Shown one piece after another: positions 19,722-28,162 of a stretch of DNA of 64,000 nucleotides. The DNA is from an uncultured Gemmatimonadales bacterium. GTDB taxonomy: Bacteria > Gemmatimonadota > Gemmatimonadetes > Gemmatimonadales > GWC2-71-9. The position numbers and the translations under genes were made by a program. Location of the stretch: positions 128,001 through 192,000 of the forward strand of contig CAVSLV010000001.1 in assembly GCA_963728915.1 (NCBI GenBank), read 5' to 3'. Numbering within the stretch: position 1 is the stretch's first letter; the number at the start of each line of letters is the position of its first letter. The notes under the pieces are model-generated. The model was not told where the DNA came from. It saw only the letters and a program-made list of their open reading frames with translations, and did no database searches.

Positions 19722-20765
19722 TCACGGTTTGAGGGCGATTTTCAGGCAACCGTCGCGGCGCTCGGCGAACATCCGATAGGCGGCGGGGCCATCCTCGAGA
19801 GGAAGGATGTGGGTGAACAGGGCAGCCAGCGCGGCTTCATGCTTCCTCGCCAGGGGCACCAGCTCCTCCATATAGGCTCGCGCGGGACAGCGGCCGATCC
19901 GCCAGGTGAGGTTCTTGTCGTAGGCCTGACCGGGTGAGAAGGGGAAGGACGGCTCATGGTGCACTCCCACCGCGGAAATGGTACCCCCGGGTCGCACCAG
20001 CTCAAAGGCGAGGCGTCCCGACTCGGGCGAGCCGATGGCTTCCAGGACGGCGTCGACCCCGCGTCCACCGGTCTGCTCCCGGATCGGTCCGGCCGGCTCG
20101 CGCCCCGCCTCCACCGGCTCGGCGCCCAGGCTCCGGGCCCGTTCCAGGCGCTCCGGGACCAGGTCGAGGGCAAAGACTCGCTCGGCGCCGAGCTCCCGAG
20201 CGGCGAGGATGGCCATCAGCCCGACCGGTCCGCACCCTAACACGGCGCACACCGATCCCGGTCCGATCCCTGCCTGCCGGGCGCAGTGGAATCCGGTCGC
20301 CAGGACGTCTCCCAGCAGGAGGGTGGCGCCAAGCCCGAGCCCTTCCGGGCCTCGCATCAGGGTCGAGTCGGCCAGGGGAATCCGGGCCAGCTCGGCTTGC
20401 AGCCCGTGGAGTCCGCGTCCCCGTTCGACCCAACCGAACAGCTGACCCCGCTCACACCGCGCGGTGAGCCCGGTGCGGCAATAGAAGCAGGCGGCACAGC
20501 TCGTCGTGAAGGGCGCCACCACGAGGTCTCCCAGCCGGAAGCGGGTGACCGCCGCCCCGACTTCGAGAATGCGGCCGACCATCTCGTGACCCATGACGGT
20601 TCCCCCATCCAGCCCGGTCTCGCGGCCGTGCCAGACGTGGAGGTCGGAGCCGCAGATCCCGGCGAGCTCGACCTGGACCAGCACATCTTCCGGAGCGAGG
20701 AGCGCCGGGTCCGCCACCGCTTCGACCCGGAAATCGCCGGGGGCGTGGTAGGTCAGGGCTTGCAT
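19722..20765 (-). CDS. Zn-dependent alcohol/formaldehyde dehydrogenase (MDR family)
   Basis: GICGSDLH, GHE, C..C..C...C, GCGPVG. Confidence 0.93.
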   Translation of the reverse strand: MQALTYHAPGDFRVEAVADPALLAPEDVLVQVELAGICGSDLHVWHGRETGLDGGTVMGHEMVGRILEVGAAVTRFRLGDLVVAPFTTSCAACFYCRTGLTARCERGQLFGWVERGRGLHGLQAELARIPLADSTLMRGPEGLGLGATLLLGDVLATGFHCARQAGIGPGSVCAVLGCGPVGLMAILAARELGAERVFALDLVPERLERARSLGAEPVEAGREPAGPIREQTGGRGVDAVLEAIGSPESGRLAFELVRPGGTISAVGVHHEPSFPFSPGQAYDKNLTWRIGRCPARAYMEELVPLARKHEAALAALFTHILPLEDGPAAYRMFAERRDGCLKIALKP

Positions 20766-20845
20766 GGCGCCACCGTGGATAACTCGCCGACCGGATCGTC
20801 TCCTCGGGGGAGGCCAATCCCCGGACTTGAACTCGGGAGGAACGC

Positions 20846-21025
20846 ATGACGCTCACCCTGGAGGGGAAGGAAGCCGGGATCCTGAGGGATCTCCTCACCG
20901 ACTATCTGCCCCAGCTTCGTCGAGAGACCGCCCGTACCGAAGCGAAGGAGCTCCGGCACGTGCTGGTGGAACGGATGGAGCTCTGCGAGCGATTGCTGGA
21001 GCGGCTGGCGCATCAGCCGGCGTAG
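20846..21025 (+). CDS. Small hypothetical protein, 59 aa (MTLTLEGKEAGILRDLLTDYLPQLRRE...)
   Basis: Below the ORF-track cutoff; GGGAGG RBS just upstream; amphipathic helical sequence filling the intergenic gap. Confidence 0.7.
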   Translation: MTLTLEGKEAGILRDLLTDYLPQLRRETARTEAKELRHVLVERMELCERLLERLAHQPA

Positions 21026-21048
21026 CCGTTCCGGGAGTGCGGGACCAG

Positions 21049-21119
21049 TTGGCCCCGGTGGATTCGAACCACCATTCTCAGATCCAAAGTCTGATGTCCT
21101 GCCATTGGACGAGGGGCCA
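21049..21119 (-). tRNA. tRNA-Gln(TTG), CCA not encoded
   Basis: TGGCCCC...TCAGA CT TTG GA TCTGA...GGTTCGAATCC...GGGGCCA A cloverleaf. Confidence 0.97.
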
Positions 21120-21232
21120 GCGCACCGAAAGGTAGCAGGCGGTCCGATTCCGTCCACAGCTTGCATCGAGCTCCCATCGGGTATAGGTAGCGAGGGCGGG
21201 CAGTTGTGAACGCCACACGATGGAGGTGAACC

Positions 21233-21550
21233 ATGCGGATGCTCATGAAAGTGCAGCTGGACCCGGCGGGAATGAAAGAGATCGTCGACCGGGGAGAAAT
21301 GCCGGAGTTCATGGAGACGACCCTCGAACGAATCCGGCCCGAGGCCACCTACTTCACCATGGAAAACGGCCGGCGCACCGCGCTCTTCGTCTTCGACCTC
21401 AAGGAGCCGAGCGACCTTCCCAGGCTGTCCGAGCCCTTCTTCGAGACCGGGGACGCACAGATCCAGTGTTCTCCAGTCATGACGGTCGACGACCTGAAGG
21501 CCGGCCTCAAGAAACTGGAGTCGGGGCGGCTCGCGACCAGCCGGCGATAG
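21233..21550 (+). CDS. Small hypothetical protein (GYD/DUF3303-like alpha-beta fold)
   Basis: GGAGG RBS; PEATYF...G.RTALFVFDL...P...EPFF...PVMT.DDL. Confidence 0.8.
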   Translation: MRMLMKVQLDPAGMKEIVDRGEMPEFMETTLERIRPEATYFTMENGRRTALFVFDLKEPSDLPRLSEPFFETGDAQIQCSPVMTVDDLKAGLKKLESGRLATSRR

Positions 21551-21584
21551 GGGCTGACCCTGGGATGTGGCGGGCGCGCCACTC

Positions 21585-21613
21585 TTGACGCCTTGGAGGC
21601 CCAATCGCATTCT
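21585..21613 (+). promoter_or_regulatory. Sigma70-type promoter of the small peptide gene
   Basis: TTGACG (21585-21590), 17-nt spacer, CATTCT (21608-21613). Confidence 0.65.
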
Positions 21614-21642
21614 TGCCGATCCCAACGACTCCGGAGGATCGA

Positions 21643-21759
21643 ATGAAAAAGCGATTCGTGGCTCCCATCCTTCGGCTGGAGGCCAGCTTGACGGACTTGA
21701 CCCTGCTCCAACCCGCCGTATCCGGGGCATCGACCAACGACGCCGGTCTTTCCCAGTAA
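21643..21759 (+). CDS. 38-aa putative RiPP precursor peptide MKKRFVAPILRLEASLTDLTLLQPAVSGASTNDAGLSQ
   Basis: GGAGGA RBS, upstream promoter and downstream terminator. Leader motif FxxPxL...LxxLT resembles RRE-binding lasso-type leaders. Not in the ORF track. Confidence 0.75.
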   Translation: MKKRFVAPILRLEASLTDLTLLQPAVSGASTNDAGLSQ

Positions 21760-21776
21760 CAACAGCAGCAACGGAG

Positions 21777-21810
21777 CGAAGCGCCCGGGCAACCGGGCGC
21801 TTCGTTTGTT
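21777..21810 (+). terminator. Intrinsic terminator
   Basis: Perfect 12-bp stem CGAAGCGCCCGG / GCAA loop / CCGGGCGCTTCG followed by TTTGTT. Confidence 0.85.
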
Positions 21811-22990
21811 AGCGACCTCAGGGCTGGGCCTGGCGGCCCTGGCCTGCCGAACGACCCCCGTCACCATCCACGCCGGTCTGCTTCTCGATGGCCGAGGCAA
21901 TCAGCGCCGGGATGTCGTGGTCACCGTCATCGGGTCCACCATCCGTTCGGTAGCGCCATGGCACGGGGCCCCGGTGACCTGGGACCTTTCCCGGTACACC
22001 CTTCTGCCGGGGCTGATCGATGCCCACACCCATATCGCGGGATTCTTCAACCGCCAGGGACGGTCCTCGATCGGTCAGGAAGGCACCGTCGAGCGGCGTG
22101 CGGGTCAGGCGGCCGTTGCGTTGGCCACCGTTCGGGCAGGGTTCACCACCATCGCCAGCATGGGCTCCTGGGATGATCGGTGGCTTCGTGACGCCATTGC
22201 CCGAGGGGCCATTCCGGGACCCCGGATTCTCACCTCGCTCGCCCCGCTCATGAAGGCAACGCTTTCTCCAGAAGCGCTTCGGAAGGAAGTGCGAAGTCGA
22301 AAGCAACAGGGGGCCGATTTCATCAAGGTCTTCGACTCGAGAGGCGTAGCGTCGGGAGGAGCCCCGACCCTGATACCGGCTCAGCTCGAGGCGGTGTGCT
22401 CCGAGGCCCATGCCGTCGGCTTGCGCGCGGTGGTCCACGCCCATTCGGATGCCAGCATCCGCGATGCGGTGGCCGCCGGGTGCGATGAGGTGGAACACGG
22501 GTTCCTGGCGACCCAGGAGGGCCTGAAGCTCCTGGCCGACAAGCGCGTCTGGTTCGACCCCCAGTGCCGGCTGGTACTGACCAATTATCTGGACAACCGG
22601 GCCCGCTTCGAAGGACTGCCCGGCCTGGACTCGGTCGCCTTCTCGACCGCCGCTCTGCTGCTCCCGGTGCTTCCCCGCATGATCCGGAGCTTCCTTGCCA
22701 TTCCCGGCTCCCGCCTGCTTTACGGCACCGACGCGGTTGCCGGGTCGCACGGGCGAAATGCGGAAGACCTGGTCTGCCGGGTCCGGGAAGCAGGCCAGTC
22801 CCCCATGGACGCGCTGGTGAGCGCGACCTCCCTCAATGCTTCCGCGTTAGGACTCGGAGACCGGATCGGGACCGTTGCCCCGGGCTATCAGGCCGATCTC
22901 ATCGCCCTGGACGGGAATCCCCTGGACTCGATCGAGGTGGTTCGCCGGGTGGTGTTCGTGATGCGGGGAGGAACGGTGCTCAGGCACTGA
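21806..22990 (+). CDS. Metal-dependent amidohydrolase (possible lipoprotein)
   Basis: LLPGLIDAHTH, GADFIK, HAH, EHG, YGTDA, G..ADLIA.DGNPL; start uncertain. Confidence 0.9.
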   Translation: MLATSGLGLAALACRTTPVTIHAGLLLDGRGNQRRDVVVTVIGSTIRSVAPWHGAPVTWDLSRYTLLPGLIDAHTHIAGFFNRQGRSSIGQEGTVERRAGQAAVALATVRAGFTTIASMGSWDDRWLRDAIARGAIPGPRILTSLAPLMKATLSPEALRKEVRSRKQQGADFIKVFDSRGVASGGAPTLIPAQLEAVCSEAHAVGLRAVVHAHSDASIRDAVAAGCDEVEHGFLATQEGLKLLADKRVWFDPQCRLVLTNYLDNRARFEGLPGLDSVAFSTAALLLPVLPRMIRSFLAIPGSRLLYGTDAVAGSHGRNAEDLVCRVREAGQSPMDALVSATSLNASALGLGDRIGTVAPGYQADLIALDGNPLDSIEVVRRVVFVMRGGTVLRH

Positions 22991-23846
22991 CCGTTTGAGT
23001 CGCGGACAGCACGCCGTGTTTCCGTCCCAACGCCATGCGCGCATCGTCGCGCTCCCCCTCGGTCCGATAGACCGCGAACAGGGTTGATCCCGAACCGGTC
23101 ATCCGGCAGAGCAGGGGACCGGTCCGGGCCAGGGCCTCGAACGCTGCCCGGACCTCGGGGCGATGCGCGAACACCACCGATTCGAAATCGTTCCCGGCCA
23201 TGCGGGCCACGTCGCTCCAGCTCCCCAGGGATTGGGCATCCAGCAGGACCGCGCCCCTCCGCACCGGCTGGGTTCGTGATGCATCGAGCCAGCGGTAGGC
23301 TTCGCTGGTGCTGACCGGCGCGGGGGGAGAAACCAGCAGGACCGGAGCGATCGGCAGCGCGGGAAGTCGCATCATGCGCTCTCCATGACCCCACGCGAGG
23401 GCGAGGGGAGCCTCACTCAGGCAGTAGGACACGTCCGCGCCGAGCCGCGCCGCCATCTGGAAGAGCTCGGCGCGGGGGACGGCGTTCCCGGCAAGCTCGT
23501 TCACGAGCTGCAGAGTCGCCGCGGCATCCGCGGAGCCTCCCCCCAGCCCGCCGCCGACGGGGATCCGCTTCTCCAGGGTAAGCTCGACCCCGAACCGGGT
23601 GCGAAGCGCGGCCAGCACCGACTCCGCCGCGCGCCAGACCAGGTTCTCTTCCGGCGGACCCAGATCCGCGCCGGACCCCAGCAGCGCGATCCCGTTCCCC
23701 TCGGTTCGCCGGGCGGTCAGGGTGTCGGCGAGCTCGATGCGGGCAAACAGGGTCTCCAGGCCATGATACCCGGTCGATTCGGGCGCGAAGACCCGAAGGA
23801 ACAGATTGAGCTTGGCGGGAGCCGATCGGGTGAGGGTCTCGCTCAT
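22980..23846 (-). CDS. ispE: 4-diphosphocytidyl-2-C-methyl-D-erythritol kinase
   Basis: APAKLNLFL, KRIPVGGGLGGGSADAA, LGADV, MTGSGST. Confidence 0.96.
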   Translation of the reverse strand: MSETLTRSAPAKLNLFLRVFAPESTGYHGLETLFARIELADTLTARRTEGNGIALLGSGADLGPPEENLVWRAAESVLAALRTRFGVELTLEKRIPVGGGLGGGSADAAATLQLVNELAGNAVPRAELFQMAARLGADVSYCLSEAPLALAWGHGERMMRLPALPIAPVLLVSPPAPVSTSEAYRWLDASRTQPVRRGAVLLDAQSLGSWSDVARMAGNDFESVVFAHRPEVRAAFEALARTGPLLCRMTGSGSTLFAVYRTEGERDDARMALGRKHGVLSATQTVSA

Positions 23847-23967
23847 GGGGCCGACTTCACGTGCAGTGTAGAACCGTGAATGTTGTTCTCTCCTGGAGGC
23901 CGGGCCAGCGGGGGAGAAACCTACCCAGCGTAGCTTTGAGACAGAAGCATGAACGGAGGCGCCGGTA

Positions 23968-25245
23968 ATGCCGGAACAGCGTGTCAGGGCCCTGCTGGAT
24001 GTCAACGTGGTCGGCAAGGGGTTTGCGGCTGAGGTGAGCCGCACCGGAATCTTTCGGGCCAGTGAAGGGTTGCTCCGGGCGATGCTGAGGCGGAAGGACA
24101 TGGTAGTCGCCTGCTCCGCTGAGGCGTCCTGGGTGAGCGAGCTTCTCCTCCTGGCCTACCGGGACGCTCGACATCCCGCGCTGCGGGAACACGTGGTGCG
24201 TGCCTGGGAACAGCGCGTGGCGACCGAGGGAGAAGGATCTGATCTCATCAACCGGATTCTGGGACTCGAACAGGCCGGGCGGGATGCTCGTCGGGAACGG
24301 GCCAACCTGATGCTCCTCAATGCGACGGCACGTCGTCGATCGATCGGGCCATTCGATGTTACCCACTCCCTGCGGTCCGCGCTTCCGGACCGCGCGCGGG
24401 TCAGGACTCGGGTCCGAGTCCTGACCGTGCACGACCTTGTTCCCCTGGTCCATCCCGAGTGGTCTTACGTGGGAGCAGAGGCCCAGATGCGGGAGATCCT
24501 CGGCAGCGTGGATGCCGCTCGCGACTTCCTGATCGCCAACTCGGCCGCGACGGCCGGGGAAATCGCGGACGTGCTGGGGATCGCGGCCGATCGGGTCTTC
24601 GTCACTCCCTTTGCGGCTGACGCCGGCACCTTCCGGCCGGAGCGGAACCCCGAGACCCTGGCCGGGGCGCGAGCTCGGTACCGGATTCCGGACGGCCCCT
24701 ATTTCCTGAGCCTCGGCACGCTGGAGCCGAGGAAGAATCTGCCTCATCTCCTTCGGTGTTTCTTCCGGCTGGTTGACCAGGAATGTCTCGACGGGGTACA
24801 ACTCGTGCTGGTCGGTCCAACCGGCTGGAAGACGGCGGAGATAGATGACCTCATTGCCGGGCGCGCCGACCTGAAAGGGCGTGTCGTGCGGACGGGGTTT
24901 GTCCAGGATGAGGATCTGGCGGCGATCTATTCCGCCGCGCACGCGTTTGTGTTCACCTCGCTCTACGAAGGCTTCGGGCTTCCGATCCTCGAGGCGATGC
25001 GGTGTGGGATCCCGGTCATCAGCTCGAACGCGGGAGCCCTTCCCGAGGTCGCGGGCGATGCGGCGGTCATGGTGTCCCCACACGATGAGGACGCCCTGTG
25101 TCAGGCAATGCTCGATATGCTTCGGGATGAGGGTCGCCGGACCAGCCTGGGCGAGCGGGGGCTCGAGCGGGCAGCAGGATTCACCTGGGATCGCACGGCG
25201 GAGCTCACCGCCAAGGCCTATCGCGCGATGCTGGATCGTTCGTAG
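23968..25245 (+). CDS. Glycosyltransferase family 4 (MtfB/WbpY-like)
   Basis: TVHDL.P, LGTLEPRKNL, SLYEGFGLPILEAM.CG.PV. Confidence 0.92.
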   Translation: MPEQRVRALLDVNVVGKGFAAEVSRTGIFRASEGLLRAMLRRKDMVVACSAEASWVSELLLLAYRDARHPALREHVVRAWEQRVATEGEGSDLINRILGLEQAGRDARRERANLMLLNATARRRSIGPFDVTHSLRSALPDRARVRTRVRVLTVHDLVPLVHPEWSYVGAEAQMREILGSVDAARDFLIANSAATAGEIADVLGIAADRVFVTPFAADAGTFRPERNPETLAGARARYRIPDGPYFLSLGTLEPRKNLPHLLRCFFRLVDQECLDGVQLVLVGPTGWKTAEIDDLIAGRADLKGRVVRTGFVQDEDLAAIYSAAHAFVFTSLYEGFGLPILEAMRCGIPVISSNAGALPEVAGDAAVMVSPHDEDALCQAMLDMLRDEGRRTSLGERGLERAAGFTWDRTAELTAKAYRAMLDRS

Positions 25246-25248
25246 ACC

Positions 25249-26328
25249 TCACGGCGCGGACATCCTGTCCAGCTCATCGACCACGATCTGGCCGACGCGG
25301 TCCCAGGTCCACGTTGCCGCCCGCGCGGCGCCGATGGCCCCTTTGGCCGCGCGCGCCTCCGCTTCCAGGTGTCGTACCGCGCGCAGGAGCCCCACCAGAG
25401 TGCCGACCAGCACCTCACAGAAATCCACTTCAGCAACCCGTTCCCGGAAGCCCAGGGCAACGCTGAAGCTCCGATTGACCGGAGCGCGAATTCGCCGCAC
25501 CGGCGTGAGCCAGGAGGTTTCCGCATCGCAATAATCACGACAGGCCCCGAAATCGGGAACGATCGCCGGGGTGCCGGATGCCATTGCCTCCAGAATTGGG
25601 ATGCAGAAGCCCTCTGCGCGATAGGGAAACACCGCCACGTCGCAGGCGCGATAGAGGGCCGCGAGGTCCCGGTCCGGCAGGAATTCATCGAGGTGAATGA
25701 TCTCCGGAGCATCGGGACGCGAACGCAAGTCCTCGATCCGCCGGCGGGCGTGATCCTCCCGATAGAACAGGTCTCCCGAGTGGTCCTTGAGAACCAGGCA
25801 TACGTCATCACTCCGGGAGAACGCCTCGGACCAGGCGTCGAGCAGGATGTCGGTCCCTTTGCGCAGACTCACCCCCCCAACGAAAAGGAAGCGAAAGCTC
25901 TTCTCCGTCGGGAGCGGAAACCGGGGCCCGTCGGGGTGGAAGAGCGTGGGATCAATCCCATGGGGCACGATTCCGATCCGGTCCGGCTCCACGCCCGCCT
26001 CGCGCGCCTGTGCGGCGATCCACGAGCTGTGGGCCCAGTAACGCTGAAACCTTCGGTTGATTCTCTCAACCCACGCCCGCGGCAGGGGACCGAAATCCCA
26101 GGTACGGACCGCGATCGACCGCGTCCGGTCCCGGGCCGGCGGCTCGAATTCCGTAAAGGGGGATTCGAAATCGTGATGGATGAGGAAGTCGGCCTCATCC
26201 CCCTGGTGGTGTTCGATGACTCGGTAGCCTGCGGCTTCGAGGGCCCGGCTCCAGCGGGCATTGATCTGGGCAAAAGCCGAACGCGCGGTGCGGCTCCCCT
26301 GGAAGGCGACGGTCCGACGCTCAGGCAA
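25249..26328 (-). CDS. Glycosyltransferase family 4
   Basis: PHGID, FLFVGG...RKGTDILL, PYRAEGFCIPILEAMASG. Confidence 0.9.
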   Translation of the reverse strand: MPERRTVAFQGSRTARSAFAQINARWSRALEAAGYRVIEHHQGDEADFLIHHDFESPFTEFEPPARDRTRSIAVRTWDFGPLPRAWVERINRRFQRYWAHSSWIAAQAREAGVEPDRIGIVPHGIDPTLFHPDGPRFPLPTEKSFRFLFVGGVSLRKGTDILLDAWSEAFSRSDDVCLVLKDHSGDLFYREDHARRRIEDLRSRPDAPEIIHLDEFLPDRDLAALYRACDVAVFPYRAEGFCIPILEAMASGTPAIVPDFGACRDYCDAETSWLTPVRRIRAPVNRSFSVALGFRERVAEVDFCEVLVGTLVGLLRAVRHLEAEARAAKGAIGAARAATWTWDRVGQIVVDELDRMSAP

Positions 26329-27291
26329 GCTGGAGCAGCTCGTTCAGGCGTTCGAGTTCGGACAGGTTGGAGCTCAGCTCCACGTCGCAGGCACGGACCG
26401 ACCCGATGAAACCGGCCAGGTAGTCCAGGAACCGCTTCTGATCGGTGCCTCCGGCAAACCGATGATGGTGCGAGGTCAGCTGGATCAACCGGAGCAGGGC
26501 GGGTTGAGCCTTCAAGGGGGTCACCTGCAAACGTCCGGTGATTTTCGGGAAGTACAACCGGTCGGGTCGGAAGTCCTCGAAAGGGCTCGACCGGAAGTGA
26601 TCGCCCATGCGGATTTCCTTCTTGAGGGTCCCCGCGAAATCGCGAGGCGGCACGGCGAGGGGCTCAGGGAAGAAATGCTGCTCAGTCCGCTCCGTGACCC
26701 GGGACCGCTCGTCGCCACCGCTCAACAGGAACCCCGTTGCGGTCTTCCGAAGGACAAGCCGGTCCTCACCGAGGACGGTGGCTCCCGCTCTCGCCAGCGC
26801 GAGGCAGATCGTGCTCTTGCCGGCGCCTTTTTCTCCCACGAACAGACTGACCTGATCATTCCAGTGAACCGCGGCGCCGTGGAGCACCACTCGATCGACC
26901 AGGAACAGGATCTTGTGGAGGACCACCGAGAAATGAAAATCGAGCTCGACGGCCCGGAGGTCCGGTCGCCGGACCCGGATGGTAATCCTGACCGGTTCGA
27001 CATCGAGCTGGAGATCGGCGTGAAGTGCTTCCGTCGTGATGGTGGGTCGATGCGGGTTCCCGCCGAGGAGCATGCCCGCCGGGGGCACGACGTCCGTGGG
27101 CGGTGGGCCGTTGCGCGATGCATGAATATGGAGATCGAACTGTGGCACGCGCTCCCTTCCCTCGAGGGGGGGGCGACCTCGGCTCCGAACGTCAGCCGGA
27201 CGGATTCGGCGTATCGGGGAAGCTCCGAGAAGAGACGGCCAGACCAGCTGCCGAAGTGCAGAATGTCCCCCGGATCGGAAGCTCCGGTCAT
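26321..27291 (-). pseudogene. HprK-related P-loop kinase, frameshifted at a G8 tract (27166-27173); may be an assembly error or phase-variable
   Basis: ATG at 27291 overlaps the peptidase stop (ATGA). One extra C joins MTGASDPG...EVAPP to LEGRERVPQ...LHGAAV...GEKGAGKST...VLGED. Confidence 0.75.
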
Positions 27292-27773
27292 TCCTCCCGA
27301 TCCGGTCTCCGCAACCCGATCCGTCGCACCCATTTTCCCGCGAGATCGCGAAGCCACCAGTCGAGCGGCAAGATCCCTTTGTGACGGGCGTATTTGAGGA
27401 GCGCGGCCCAGCGCGCCCTTCGCCACGCCAGCTGACCCGCGCCGATCCGGGCGCCACCGCGATGACGCGCTACCACTCGTCCCAGCACGTCCTCACGCGA
27501 CGCCGAGAAGGTGCGCCAGGGCCAGTTCTCGCACCACAGGGTGAGTCCACCTCGGGTCTTGCGCACCACACGGCGGGTGGGGAACCGATCGAGATGCCGG
27601 TAGGTGACGACGTCACCGATCCTGATTTGTCGCCACTGCACCGGTTCGACGATGACCTCATCACCCTCGATGAGAAACGGGCGCATGGACTCGCCGTGGA
27701 AATACAGCGTACGCCCCTGGTTCGAGACGGCAACCTGGAGTTCCTTCGCAATCAGCCGAGCCCCGGGTTCCAC
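27288..27773 (-). CDS. S24/S26 family peptidase-like protein
   Basis: GESMRPFL.EGD, IGDVV, C-terminal DVLGRV. Confidence 0.82.
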   Translation of the reverse strand: MEPGARLIAKELQVAVSNQGRTLYFHGESMRPFLIEGDEVIVEPVQWRQIRIGDVVTYRHLDRFPTRRVVRKTRGGLTLWCENWPWRTFSASREDVLGRVVARHRGGARIGAGQLAWRRARWAALLKYARHKGILPLDWWLRDLAGKWVRRIGLRRPDREE

Positions 27774-27778
27774 GCGGA

Positions 27779-28162
27779 TTATTCGCCGCTCAGGATGAGT
27801 TTCTCCAGCTCGCCGAACGGAGTGATCTGCGGCGGCTCGTAACCATCCGTGGGAGAGGTCGTCATCGCGCTCGTTTGGGCTTTGGCGGACTCCTGCGTGG
27901 CTGGCTCGAGCAGGTCAAACGCCTGGAGCTGGGAAAGGAAGCCCGAAATGTCCCCGGACAGCTGGTCCGGAGCATCGGGGAATCTGGAGCGGGCCCACGA
28001 TGACAGGTGAGCGGTGCCGATGCCCTCTTCAGCCAGGGCAAGCCAGAGAAGCGTTCCGGTCCGGTTGAGGCCGTAGTACGCCGAGGTATCCGCATTGAGG
28101 AGGACGGCCTCGCCATCGACGACGCGCCAGGCAATTTTCCCTTCGTTAACTCTATGCGCCAT
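27779..28162 (-). CDS. PqqD family / RiPP recognition element (RRE) protein with leader-like C-terminal tail
   Basis: VDGEAVLL.....YYGLNRTGTLLW..L...DI..FL.QL...LL; AAAGGA RBS; tail YEPPQITPFGELEKLILSGE. Confidence 0.88.
   Translation of the reverse strand: MAHRVNEGKIAWRVVDGEAVLLNADTSAYYGLNRTGTLLWLALAEEGIGTAHLSSWARSRFPDAPDQLSGDISGFLSQLQAFDLLEPATQESAKAQTSAMTTSPTDGYEPPQITPFGELEKLILSGE

Noticed and set aside
23949..24032. Short Cys/Gly-rich ORF (MNGGAGNAGTACQGPAGC...) as a possible precursor
   Set aside because: It overlaps the GT4 start out of frame and has no clear RBS or leader motif.
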